A stretch of 64,000 nucleotides of DNA from Vicugna vicugna (Eukaryota): contig MU058687.1 of assembly GCA_013265495.1 (NCBI GenBank), forward strand, positions 1,674,001 to 1,738,000, read 5' to 3'. Below are positions 1 to 11,788 of the stretch, in pieces; position 1 is the stretch's first letter; each line of letters opens with the position of its first letter. The translations under genes were made by a program, and so were the position numbers. The notes under the pieces were generated by a model that saw nothing but the letters and a program-made list of their open reading frames with translations, made no database searches and was not told the origin of the DNA.

Positions 1-585
1 ACTGTCTGAGGTTATTCTTTCAGGTGTGGGCTTGTTGATAGTCTGTTTCCTTGACCACAGGAGCAGGGACATGGCCTGGGTCATTCATCTCTCTTTCTCG
101 AGTGTCTGGCACGGAATAAGTGTTCAATAGACACTCACTGAAATAGTGAACGGGCTCTCCCATGCCTGTGCTGTGCGCGAGGGCCCAGCCAGCGTGGAGG
201 CCCTCGGGGTTGTGTGTGGAGGGCAACCGTCTGCTCCAGTGCCTTGTCCTTAGGGTCCAGTGTTCTCCTTTCCATGGCCACGTTCTGTGTCTTCTGTGCT
301 GCCCCATTCTGCTTTCTCAAGAATCTGTTTCTTCCTTGGGAAGAAAACAAGAAAGGGTTCTAGCCGTTCAGTTGTGAACTTAGAATCTTGAAGGTGGGGA
401 AGGAGAGGAGAAAGATTTGATTTCACAAGAAATGATCAAGAGGCAAAAGGCAGCCAGGCTTGCCTGGGTCTTGTGCTGTCCTACTCATTATGGTGGGCGT
501 GATCAACAGAAAGCTGTGATTCTCCTCCGTTAGGGCTTAGAGGGGGCCAAAGTACAAGGACGGATCAGAGTAGAGGGTTTTTCTA

Positions 586-591
586 TTTATT
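586..591 (-). terminator. ERG28: Likely ERG28 polyadenylation signal (AATAAA); 3' UTR about 565-1238
   Basis: tttatt on + reads AATAAA on -, about 650 nt downstream of the stop codon. Confidence 0.7.
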
Positions 592-1238
592 ACAAAATTC
601 TTTACACAAATACAACTGACCAGAAGGTCTAAAAACAGCCCAGACTCTTCCAACCCTGATCCACCTGGAGGCACAAGGATAGGAGTCACGCTCACTCGCA
701 GGGGAGCCCTTCTTTGAAGAACTGCCTGTCCCTTGGATGGTTCAGAGTCTCGGGTCCAGCAGCAGAGAGGAGTCCAACCTGGATGGACAACCTCTGGAAG
801 CAGCCCTTAGAGGCAGCTGCTCTGGGTGAGGCAGCAGCTTTAAGTTTCACAGTTCATGTGTTCCCACCATACAAGTCAAATCAAGGGGTCAAAATAAAAG
901 GAAAAAAGCAGAAGGCTGGAAGAGGGACCCTGGAAGCGGCTATGGGTGGGGAGAGGGCACACAGTGGGTGTCTGAAGTGCTGGCAATTTCTTGATTTGGA
1001 TGGAGGCACAGAGTATTCACTTTAAAATGATTCTTTAAATGGTACATACATTTAAATGGTACAGACTTTACACATGTTATATCTTAAAAATTTCTAAAGA
1101 AAAAACGGAAATGTAAAAGGCTAGAAGGGGCTAAGGGGGCTGATGATGGAGCAGAAAATAAGAAATTAAAAAGCACAGGGTTGCAGGAAGATGATGGCAG
1201 AGGTGGAAGATGAAGTCTTGGATGTGGTGATGTCGGCC

Positions 1239-1318
1239 TCAGTTTCTCTTCTTCTGTCTAGATCCTGGTTCTGCTTCTAGGTACCGGAGCCCAACTAGCA
1301 TACCCAGGATCGAGAAAC
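1239..1318 (-). CDS. ERG28: ERG28 last coding exon: SFSILGMLVGLRYLEAEPGSRQKKRN*
   Basis: Acceptor tatttaag|, TGA at 1241-1239. Total CDS 423 nt = 140 aa. The C-terminal KKRN fits a KKXX ER-retrieval signal. Confidence 0.97.
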
Positions 1319-1452
1319 CTTAAATACAGAGACAAGATAAGTGGCTCACACAGGCACAGCACTTTCTCACACCGCTCGTATGATCGCTTTCCTGCACCGG
1401 CCCACGGACTGGGACAGTTCCTGCTGGAACCCTGGGGTCATCGGATGCTTAC

Positions 1453-1571
1453 TTGCCACCATCAGGGGTGCTAGGACGCCAATCGTGGGAGCTGCGGTCC
1501 CATAGACGAACAACTCAGAGAGGAAGTGGCCCAGGGCAAGGAGGAAGGTCCAGAGTGTGATGTGGTAGAGC
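1453..1571 (-). CDS. ERG28: ERG28 coding exon 4: LYHITLWTFLLALGHFLSELFVYGTAAPTIGVLAPLMVA
   Basis: Acceptor cccttgtag|, donor A|gtaagc. 119 nt, frame continuous, hydrophobic transmembrane-like segments. Confidence 0.97.
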
Positions 1572-4008
1572 CTACAAGGGAGCAGACGGACAAGGGACCT
1601 GAAGGTACTGCTCGTTCAGTGCAGACGAAACGTAGCAGACTTGAAACACACACAAATAGAAACCCAGGAAATGACTCAGGCTAAAGGGAAAGGAGACTTG
1701 GTCCCAAGAAAGACTTGGCTGCTTGACCACATCAGTGTATTTACTTCTAGGGCAAAACTGAAGGTTTCAATTGCTAAACCAGTGGGAGGATGGTCCAGGC
1801 ATTCAGAGTGGAACTCCAAGTCTTAGCAAGGTGGTGAATCCAGCTACAGCAAAGCGGAGTCTGCATTATGGCAATCCTAGGTGGTGTAGGCAATTTTGGA
1901 TTAATCACCCTTAAATATTCTACTTAAACTGGCTTGACTCTAGTTCAAGCTGACCCGGCAGGTGTTTGGCCAGGGGCTGGTCTGTGCTCACATGAGGGAT
2001 GCCACAGAATGAAAGGCCTGTATGGGGAATGGGTAGCAAGGACCTCTCTGGGACTTTTAGATGCTCTTGCAACATGAGCTGGTGATTCTGCATCTTAGTC
2101 TAGCAAAACAGTCAGATGGACAACACAGTGACAACCTCATGGGAAGACAACTTATTCCTCAGCTTTGACAAGGAGGTGGAGGAGAGAGAGGTTACAGGAT
2201 GATCGATAAATTGGATTGCTGATATCTTTTTTTAACTATAAAATAAAAAAATTATGAATTACCTCAAACATATAAAAAATTACACGTAACAGAATAGTGT
2301 AATTTACCCCTGGGCAACCAATACCCTGCTCCATCAAGTCTGAACATTTTGACATTTTTGCTCAGATTCTTTTTTCTAACAAATAAAATACTAGATATCA
2401 GGTAAAGCCCCCTGTGTACACTTTCCCCACCCTGACCCCACTCTCCTGGTTCCCTTCTCCCCAGAAGGAACCAATATCTAAAATTTGATTTTTAGCCTTC
2501 TTGTGCATGTTTTTATACAGTTAGTAAATATGTCTGTATGGGAGTTGATTTTGAGTTTCCAGTTAGGGAGAGAATAGAATCAGAGTGCATATGAGAAGTC
2601 CATGGACCAAAGTCCCAAGCTTAAAAAGGGTTGGAAATAGAAATCGGCACTTGTAGCTGTCCTGTGTAGGAGAAGGGGAAATGAATGGGTAATGGAGGTA
2701 AGGGTGAGTCCAAGCTGTCTCTGCTCATTCCAAAAGCACAGCAAACAAAAGCTACACCCACTACTCGTCAGCAATCTCCATGATGGTGAAGGTTTTGAAA
2801 ATGGTTATTCAATCCCGACTCCCTCCCAGGCACTCTGAGAGGCAGAACAGATGTACTAGTCTCATTTTACACAGGAAGAGACTGAGATGCAGGGAAGGCA
2901 GATAATGAACTCACTGCTACAAAGCCAGTTACCAACAGAACTGAGACCAGAGCCCATTTTCTTGTTTTCATTCTTGGGCCCCAGGCTGTTTCCACTAAAC
3001 CACACTGCTTCCAAAAATACGTGTCAATCTAGAGCAAGTAAACCACAGTTTCAGGTTCAAAAAAATAAAATAAAATAAAAAAATAAAGCTGGAGTGATTG
3101 CAAGGCTAATAGCCCTGCTTCAAATCCCACTTGAGCCAGTCTTCCTCAGTTTAAATTAACTGGGTCTCTAACATGTAGATCTGCAAAATCAGCAATGAAA
3201 AAAATCACTACCTCCCAGGGCTGCTAGGAGGAGACAATTGAGGTCACGTAGATGGAAGCATCTGGCATAGTAAGAGGGGCTCAATAAATATCTTCTCTTG
3301 CCCAGATCCTGAGAGTTTGGATAAGACAGAAAAATATTTGAGTATGAAGCTGGCATTTTGCTGGTCTTACCCAGAGACCTGAGCAAACTTTCCACCTTGA
3401 TTGTGGTGATTACTGTTCTTGGGAGAAAGCTCGCGCCCCCTCCAGTGGCCGCCACTGGCTACAACACTATCCAGACAAGAGGCAATGATTGCCTGCAATT
3501 TTCCACTCTAGTCTATGTGAGAGGCAGAATACAGATGTCCTGGGTTCTCTGTCACCCTCACCTCCTGACTCTGCGTAAACGCACAACAGTTTACTTGTGG
3601 GCTCATTTTTTCACGGATTGTGATTTTTGTTCATTCCTGCTTTTCCAGGAGGAATGTGAGAATAAGGTCTGTGTGGGTGGCCTCTCTAAAAAAGAGCACA
3701 CCAGTCTACTTCTTTAGTAGAAGATAGGCTGATTCCTTAGTAAAGAAGTGGAGGGGTAGGATGCAGGCCACCGGATCATGACATAACCTGTTTGATATGT
3801 CAGTTTCAAAGAATTTTCAAACTTTAAAGACCTTCAGGACTATTTTGTTTTTCAGGCCTGGAAGGAATGGAACCCATTAGCCTTTTATTATCCACATTCT
3901 AGGCTACTGTATCAAAATTAATAGGTCTCCAAGGAAGGCCCAAAATAGGTATGCTTAGCATCTGATGTTCAACAGAAGGACACTAACACTCTTCTCCCCC
4001 TTACATAC

Positions 4009-4099
4009 GTCTTATTGTGGATGTCAATGGCACACAAGCAGCGAATCACTGATGAGAGTAGCGTCCAGATCCCAAAGGTCCGAGCTTGGAGGCCATTCA
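4009..4099 (-). CDS. ERG28: ERG28 coding exon 3: [31 protein letters not shown]
   Basis: Acceptor ttctgctacacag|, donor AC|gtatgt. 91 nt, phase-compatible with neighbouring exons; contains the conserved ARTFGIWT motif. Confidence 0.97.
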
Positions 4100-5019
4100 C
4101 TGTGTAGCAGAAAAAAGCAAGAGTGTTGAGAAGGGGAGGGTCAGGGTCCTGTCCAAACTCTTCCTACTTCACCAGTGGCTCACGGGAGGCAGGGAGCTGA
4201 GCCTGAACTCCCTCTGGCTGGGCAGAGTAGAGATTCTGGTGCTGCACCTGGGAACTAGAAGGAATGGAAAGAATTCTAGAATGAGAATTGGTTCAGCTCC
4301 TCTTCAAAGGTCTACAGTTGGGTGGGTGAGTTCCAGGAGTAGAAACCCAACAAAGAGCCCACCTAGGCAGTAACTCCTGGATGGTATAGTTTACACCTCT
4401 GCCCCAGAAGCCACCCTGATGTTGGTGAAGCCCAGTGAGTCTGATCAGGGCAGGTTGGGGGAACGTTGTGGAGAGCAGTCTGTCAATATAAGATGCCTAG
4501 GAGAACAGTACTTTCAAGGCTAATGCAGGAGGGAACTCAGAAATACTGGGACCTATCTAGATGTATATCTGGTCTTTAAGAGACCCAAGTCCCTGCGTCT
4601 TCTCCTGAATCCAGATCTATATTATGTGAACAAAGCCCAAACCAAGCTGGCTTCCTGTGCATGTGGTAGTGGAACAAAGCAGTGTTTCCTTGGTGTCTGC
4701 TGGGGCCACTGTCCTCTGGGTAGCTTCATCCTGGCACTGACATATTAAATATCTTGTCCTGAGTATGGACCACAGTCCACCATGATAGTGCTTTTTGATC
4801 CTGGACATTTATTAGAATCAACTAAAGAAGCTTTTTAAAATTACCAAGACTTGGGTACCAGACCAATTAAGTCACATGTTCTGAAGGTAAATCCAGGGCC
4901 AACCTGGTATTTTCTAAAAACTCCCTTCCTTGGTGATTTTAATGCACTGGTACTGATCAGCATCCAGTAGTGGGGAATGCCAAAACAATGAAAGTAAAGA
5001 CACTTCCTTTGCTCGTCTA

Positions 5020-5330
5020 TTTTTTTTTTAATCTCTCTCTCTCTTTTTAAAAATTGAAATATAGTCAGTTTACAATGTTGTGTCAATTTCTGGTGTACAG
5101 CATAATAGTTCAGTCATACACATACATACATATATTCATTTTCATATTCTTTTTCATTATAGGTTACTACAAGATATTGAATATAGTTCCATGTGCTATA
5201 CAGTATAAATTTGTTTATCTATTTTATATACAGTAGTTAGTATCTGAAAATCTTGAACTCCCAATTTATCCCTTCCCACTTCCTTTTCCCCCTGGTAACC
5301 ATAAGTTTACTTCTGTGTCTGTGAGTTTTC
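5020..5330 (-). mobile_element. L1 3'-end fragment (same family as 43624-44350)
   Basis: Poly-T then tttacaatgttgtgtc...ataggttactacaagatattgaatatagttcc...ggtaaccataagttt, which aligns by eye to 43630-43880. Confidence 0.85.
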
Positions 5331-6709
5331 TATGGCTATGTTTCTGGTCTATTGAGCATGAGAGATTTTAAGACAAGACTGACAACTGAAAGGTCTATTA
5401 ATGTTGACTTGGGCTTTGAGGATTTTCCAACCTTTGGAAAAACGGACAGCAATACCAAATTCACAACCCTGAAGACCTTTAGATGATAATGAAGTGAGAA
5501 AAAATTCCATATGCCAAACAAGTATCTAGCAGTTAGCCCTGGAGGGCTACATTTCTTTATAAAGCATTTTGACAGCTTCTCTGATGACAAGACTGAGGAA
5601 GTTTCTCTAGTGAGTAAGATATGAAAGTGGAATATCTCACCAACCCTAACCAGACTAGGCATCAGGTGAAATTCTACAGGATGCTACAGAGTACTGCTAT
5701 GATAAGCTACGTACCAGGACAGCCCCCAGGTCATGAGGGAGGAGGCAGTCTCTACTTCTGGGCTGGACACACACAATTCTTCTGCTCAGCTATACGCCCT
5801 TCAGCAAATCACATGACCCCTGGGCTTCTCTGTCTCAACATGAAATTCAAAGGGCTAGACCAAGACAACCTCTAAAAAACCCTGTGAATCTATACAGGGC
5901 TCCTTGGCCATCTAAGGACGGCACTGAGGATGAAAAGTGGAACCGTCCTGCCCACTTTTCCAAGTTCTTCACTCCTGTTGTATTTGAGCTTTGTTCAAAG
6001 TGAACCTTAGCCTACTTAGTTTCATTTTATATCCAGATGTTGCAGAAAAATAAGCTAGGTCAGAGCCTGAATCTGGGTTAGGTATAAATGTGACACAGTT
6101 GTCAGCTGCTATGAAACGGTGCTGCAGCTCAAGCCACCCCGCACATCAGCGCAAGGAAGTGCAAGCTGAAACATGGAAACACTCTCAGCAGAGAGGCTCA
6201 GGATGCTCGGAGAGGCCAACATGGGCCTTGAGAAGTTCCTTTTGGGAGAGCAACTTTGAGGGATTTTGGATATCTTCTCAGGGTCTATGTCCCAGTTTGA
6301 GAAGACCTTGGATTAGTAACTCTCCATCTGCAGCTGGGATATGAACTGTGTGTGCCGTGACTTGATTTCTGAAGGGGGCAGAGCTAATATGAAAAGCCTC
6401 TTTGTGGTTTTCGAGTTGGGCATCACAGAGTCACAAAGTAACTCTTGTTTCCTCACTTGCCCTGGTAATGCTTTTTGTACAGACTACTGCCTGGGACACT
6501 GTAAAATGAATGAAAAGGTATTCAGAGAAGCTTGAGGAGAAAAAGGACCAAGTGCTACCTACCACGTCTTCTACTCTAGTGGCTGCCAAAGGCTAGAGTA
6601 GGCAGCATCAGGACCACCTGGCAATCCCAAACTGCCAATTTACCCCTCCCTGCCTTCCCCTTTGGTAACTAACACAACGTTGTAAGTCAACTATACTTCA
6701 ATTAAAAAA

Positions 6710-6875
6710 AAGAATCACCTGAGAAGTTTTTAAATAATAGATTCCTAGGCCCCACTGAGGGCATGAAAGTTTCAGTAAGTAGGTCTGGAGAGGGAAATGG
6801 CCACCTGTGCTTTGCTTGTTCGTTCTTAGGTTTTCTAGGTTATTCTGATATACACTCTGGTCTGGGAACCACAGT
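6710..6875. mobile_element. MER5-like hAT MITE (similar remnants at about 4800-4950 and 29777-30220)
   Basis: agaatcacctg...gattcctaggccccac...ttattctgat...gggaaccac. Confidence 0.65.
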
Positions 6876-6915
6876 GTAGGCCACTCCCACAAGGTCTGTA
6901 GGTCTGCTTTCTTAC

Positions 6916-7048
6916 CGAGGTCTGGCTTGCCGGTGTAGAGCTTTTCATAGAGAAAGGTATGGTCCCGGAAGCTCTGCAGCGTGTTCCCCATAGCGATGAT
7001 GGACACCATAACCAGCCAGCTTCGTAACACGTTCAGGAACCGGCTCAT
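6916..7048 (-). CDS. ERG28: ERG28 first coding exon (exon 2, exon probably starts at 7077): MSRFLNVLRSWLVMVSIIAMGNTLQSFRDHTFLYEKLYTGKPDL
   Basis: ATG at 7048-7046 in gagccATG context. The translation matches the ERG28/C14orf1 N-terminus I recognise. Donor G|gtaag at 6916/6915; acceptor tttctaag| at 7078/7077. Confidence 0.97.
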
Positions 7049-7250
7049 GGCTCCCCTCAACCCTCAGGGCTTTTTGCCTTAGAAACAAAAGCAAAGGACA
7101 TGATGGTTAGTTTACTTCAAACATAAGCTCGCTCGCCTCTGTAGGTAACCTGTGTAGTTAACTCACGAGGGCTGTACTAAGCTTATTGGGCCAATCATTT
7201 CATAAACTCCTCTCCAAGTACCCTAGGCTCATCCACCCCCAGTTATCTTT

Positions 7251-7615
7251 TTTTAAAAAAAAATTTTTAACAATGTCTTTTTTCCCAACAGTAATTATTT
7301 TTTAAAAAAGCTTTTTTTTTGCTTTTTTTTGAGGGGGAGGAGGTAATTGAGTCTATTTATTTATATTATTTTTTTTTCCAGTGTAGGTACTGGGATTGAA
7401 CCCAAGACCTCATGTGTGCTAAGCATGCGCTCTAGCACTGAGCTATACGCTTCCCCTCAACAGTAATTAAATTAATTTTTTTTTATTTTTAATTTTTTGT
7501 AGGGGGAAGTAATGATGTTTACTTATTTTTTTCATAGAGGTACTGGGGATTGAACCCAGGCCCTCATGCATGCTAGGCATGTACTCTACCACTGAGCATA
7601 CACTCCCCCCAACCT
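7251..7615 (-). mobile_element. tRNA-Ala-derived SINE, outer copy (head about 7535-7612) hosting the inner copy in its tail
   Basis: Same family head; near-TSD cagt(t/c)atcttt at 7240-7250 and 7616-7626. Confidence 0.8.
7298..7457 (-). mobile_element. tRNA-Ala-derived SINE (camelid vic-1-like), inner copy
   Basis: Reverse complement reads TATAGCTCAGTGCTAGAGCGCATGCTTAGCACACATGAGGTCTTGGGTTCAATCCCAGTACC (A and B boxes) with an A-rich tail; exact TSD caacagtaatta at 7286-7297 and 7458-7469. Confidence 0.9.
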
Positions 7616-8334
7616 CAGTCATCTTTACACACTACATTTCCTTCATAGGGGTGGCACACTGCCTTTGAATATCAACCTTCAACCCAAGTGTGCTGACCTT
7701 CACCTAGAGTGAAAAAGGCTAAATAATGCAGCGGATGGGGATGACAAACCCAGAGGAAAAACGGAGAGAAGAAAGGGAACAGAAGAGAGGGGTACAAATA
7801 GCACTCTAAACTAATAAAACAGACTTCAGTGTAAGACATAAAGACACTGGTCTCAATATTTAGTCCTACTGACAATGGTGAATCAACAGTATACTTTGCA
7901 ATAAGTGGCACAGTGTTTATTTTTGTCTAAGGAATTTCTCCAAAATATTAGCCTAAATCCGAACTCTTTTCTCTGGCTGGAATCAGTCCCCCGAGAGCTT
8001 TACTTCTCACCTGGTTTGTCATGGCATTCCTTTGTAATGCAAGTGGCTCAAAGGTGATTATAAATCTACTAACAAGGCCTGCCTGGCTACTGGTGACAAA
8101 TCCTTCCAAACACAGAGAAGTCTTATGCATTGAGTGGAATCTATGTTGTGAGGGCAATATTTACATTCTTAAATTTTCTCTATTCTGGTTCTCAGGTACA
8201 CCATGCTCCATAAACTAGGAGAACAGTCTAAAAGTTAAAAATAAGTAGATTGTGGTGACTTGAGGATTAGTGAGAAAATCATATGGAGAAGGAAAAAGTG
8301 ATGTTGCTGTTGGATAGCAAGAGAAATTACAATA

Positions 8335-8540
8335 GATAATAGTTATTGAGCACTCATGTTGCCATGCACTGTGCCAAGCCCTATCATGTATTATCTCATA
8401 TAATCCTTAAACAAGGTAGGTAGACATTAATATTTCCATTTTACAGGTGAGGTTGGCACGGAGATTAAGTGACTTCCTTGAGGTTACACAGCTAATAGAT
8501 GACGGAGCTGAGATACAAAGCACGGTCTGTTGGTCTCTTC
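8335..8540 (-). mobile_element. MIR SINE (other MIR remnants at about 9415-9530, 19160-19370, 22030-22200, 27700-27930, 42260-42490, 54440-54660, 58440-58620, 62150-62330)
   Basis: MIR core ccattttacaggtgagg...ttaagtgactt...aggttacacagctaa. Confidence 0.75.
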
Positions 8541-9787
8541 ATTGCAATACTGCCTCACTGAGAACATTTTGACTAAGTTTCCTTTTCTGAGGGAGACAAG
8601 CATACCATAGCCACTTCTATCTCCAAGTTGTTTAGAAAATACAAACAGGTTATGAACTTTTTGTTTTTTAAAAAAACAACAAAACCGTAGATCAACTCTT
8701 GCTGCACATTGATTTCAATCAGCTTGGTTTAAATAAAAACACACGTAGATTAAAAAAAACGAATAACAAAATTACTTCTTCCTGTCTTCGTTGTGTTTTC
8801 TTGGCCCGTGGTTTATCTGTTCTCAGGTTAATTTCTTGGCTCTTAAGTGGTGATAAAATTTTAGGCTTCCTGTGTCACTTTGGCAGTAGAAGTTTGAGTA
8901 TGGTCCTACACTGCCCAGCTGAAGCAGGTACTAAAGTCGGTAATGGCTCAAGACAGTGTGAAGCCCCCCAAAACAAAGAGCTCAAGAGAAGGAATGGTCA
9001 ATGGATGAATACCTCAGTGAAAATAGGTCACAGAAGTGGTGGACTTTACCAAAGTCCAGAGACAATGGGCCTTTACTGGATCACAAGCAGTTACAACATA
9101 GACCAAGATCTGCTTACTCCCCTCCCCCACCATCCTCCTTGTTTTCTCACCTTCCCTCAGTGGGCGACTCAGGCTTTCTCCTCTCAGGGTCAGAAGAGCT
9201 GCATGCATAGCCCCCCTCTTTGACAGAACACATGCCCATTTCACAGAAGTTCTTAGAAACCCCAGCAGATAGATGATGAAGGCAGAGCCTGAGCACACTT
9301 CTGAACTGCTCTACCAATCCCTCAGCAAGATTTCCCTAAAGCTTCTGAGGGCCTCCTAGAGTATGAACACCTATTCTAAAATTTTGTCCTGGCCCAGGCC
9401 AGCAAACGTGCAGTGTTTACTAGAGTCAGGAGTGAGAGTTTCCTTTCTCGGCCCTACCATTTAGTAGCTGTGTGACCCTGGGCAAATAATTTACACTTTA
9501 CATCCTAGGTTTCCTCATCTGCAAAATAGAGCTTAAAAATTCCTGTCTCAAGGATTATTATAAGAATTCCAATTCGTGCATCCCCATTCACTCGTTCCGA
9601 ACCTATCTACCAAGCCTTCTTCATCTCCCCAGCTCCCTCTTCTCTCGGTCTCTGGAACCTCTTTTTCCCACAAGAGGTTGCCTCCCAGGTATCTTCCTTC
9701 TGTACCACCTCCGTTTTTCCAGATTCTCCAGATCCTCAATCAGATGCCACACAGACACCTACCTCTTCTCCCTCACATATACCTTAC

Positions 9788-9870
9788 CTGGCAACTGTAC
9801 CCCCAGAACAGCAGCAGCAGCAGGAGCAAAGCTTCCCCAGGGCAGCTCTAGCCCTCAACCTACCTGAGAC
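9788..9870 (-). other. ERG28: Probable ERG28 noncoding exon 1 (5' end approximate)
   Basis: Strong donor CCAG|gtaagg at 9788/9787, just downstream (minus sense) of a GC box and CCAAT boxes. No upstream ATG in this segment; contains a short (CTG)n run. Confidence 0.65.
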
Positions 9871-10640
9871 ACTTGACCCCGCCCCCACCCTCAGCCCGGC
9901 TCCAGGATTGGGTCGTTTCCATCAGGCCTCGCTCTGATTGGCTGTTCCGGTTCTGTTCGAGCAGGAGATGGGGCGTGAACCCCTTTACTGCCAATCAGCG
10001 GTTGCCGCTGCCCAAGCCTCTCCCCCGGTACGCGGCTCCTGCAGTGAACCCTCCTGTTGAGCGTGGCGGAAGAACTCCGGGTTCGAAGTCAATCCTTTAG
10101 GGGCGGAGGAAAAAAGAGCGGAGAAAAGAAGTCGACTTCTGTTGACAGCTGGGCTCTGCGCCTGCGCTGCGCAACGGTGACGACATTTGTCCGCGTCCGA
10201 AGCCAAGCGTCCTCAGCGCCGGGTGGCGGGCGCCTGCGCAGTGGCTCCGAGCGGGCGGTTGCTTGTTGGTTGTTGTAGTAACGGGGGAAGCAGCGGTCTG
10301 CGGCTGCTGTGAGCCCGGCTGGGGAAGGAGGAGGGAGGTAGGCGCAGAGCGCTGTCCCCGCCTGCCCACCCCGAGCCATGGGAAGATGAAACAGGTAAAC
10401 GTCGGCGCCGGCGCGCTCCCCTACCCGAGGGAGGTGCGCTCCCGGGTTTGGGCGGGCGCTCTCCGCTGCACTTCCCTCTCAGAGTCCCGGAGCAGCTGTT
10501 GGCTTCCGGGCGCCGTGGGCTGAATCGCTGCGGCGGAGTCACCCGCGTCCTTCCCGTGGGGAACGTCTGAGGACCTCTCTGGGATTGGGGTGAGCCGAGG
10601 GTGGGGCTGAAAGGCTGATCCCTTTAGGGCGAGGACGCTC
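9870..10640. promoter_or_regulatory. CpG island / bidirectional promoter shared by ERG28 and TTLL5
   Basis: High GC and CpG density in an otherwise CpG-poor window. GC box 9877-9886; CCAAT at 9907-9911, 9937-9941 and 9991-9995; NRF1-type GCGCCTGCGC at 10158-10167 and 10230-10240; ETS-type cores; RFX X-box-like 10269-10282. Confidence 0.9.
10250..10394 (+). other. TTLL5: Probable TTLL5 noncoding exon 1 (5' end approximate)
   Basis: Donor ACAG|gtaaac at 10394/10395 inside the CpG island; the next strong acceptor leads to the ATG-bearing exon at 11696. Confidence 0.7.
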
Positions 10641-11788
10641 CTTTGGCGAGTGTCCTTAATCTTCTTCCAGTCGCCCTGTCTCTCTCTGCTGTGCTGGTAG
10701 CCTAGGACAGGTTGGCATCCCTTACTAGTTTGGAGATTTGTTTTGTTTTAATTTAAAGGACTTAACAACATTTTAGGAACTACTGAGAAATCCCTCTGGG
10801 AATATTCGGAAGAACAACCTTTGCGTTATTTGATATTGCCCATTTCGCTGAAGATGTGTAGGGATCATTGTCGGGATTGGCATTTTTTTGGTATTGTTTA
10901 CGTTCTTATCACAAATATTAATGCATAGAAAAATGAAGTTTGGAAAGATTGACATTAATGGTTATCTTTGAGTAATGGGATTATGCTCATTCAAACGGTT
11001 TCATTTTATTTTTCTGTAATTTCTTTTCCATTCTCAGACAGACAATGCACATGTACCTTTTTGCTATTAAGAATGTAAGTTAGAAATATGCTAATTGTAA
11101 TGTGTGTTTGGTATTTGGAACAAGTTTGTGGTTTTTAATAAGAGAGTAATTTTTGATAGTGTTTGAAAGGACAGGTTTTTTGGGGGTTTTTTCCCAGCTA
11201 TTTATGACCTTGATTCAGGAGAATATATTCATTTTTTGGTTCAGCGGTTGAATTTGTTTTAGTGCAACATGAGGGTATTTTACCTGTGCAGGTCATAGAG
11301 TCTTAAAGAAATATTCGCAAGGACCTTAAAACTTGAGTTTTTCTTTTTAACCCACGTCAGTTTTTTTCTAACAAGGAATCTATGTTTTAGGCAGTTGGCC
11401 ACCTACCTCAGACTTACCTAAAAGTTAAGTAAGTCTGTCCTTTTGGTGAATGTTAGGTTTAGTATATAAGAGAAAAACGAAAAACTCAAACTTAATAACT
11501 CTTTAAATACACGGAAGGTAGACCATATGTTTGGGAAAAAATCTTGGTTTCTGTGGCTTCTGTGAGCACTGTGAAAGTAGGTAAGCTTTCTAGAGATTGG
11601 ACACTATTTAGGTAAGTTTTCATTATTTGGAGGATCAGCAGTAATCAACAAAAAGACAACTGCATTGTATTTCAGATCATTTGGCTTTCTTTCAGGAATC
11701 TGCCACCCTAATTGTTTGATCCAGTGAATCTGTAAGGAAAGGTCTCTGAGGCCCCCGTCTGCTGACTGCATGACAAACTCTAAAGGAA

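Noticed and set aside
3430..3452. CTCF-like GGAGGGGGCGCG (minus strand) in ERG28 intron 3
   Set aside because: The left half of the core does not fit the consensus spacing; too weak to call.
6698..7060. 120-aa ORF as a single-exon ERG28 protein
   Set aside because: Only 6916-7048 is ERG28. The remainder reads through a canonical donor into intron and a MER5-like repeat, and the listed start is a TTG upstream of the true ATG.
9873..10542. Cluster of overlapping ORFs on both strands
   Set aside because: Expected from stop-codon depletion in a GC-rich CpG island; Arg/Pro/Ala-rich with no homology I recognise.
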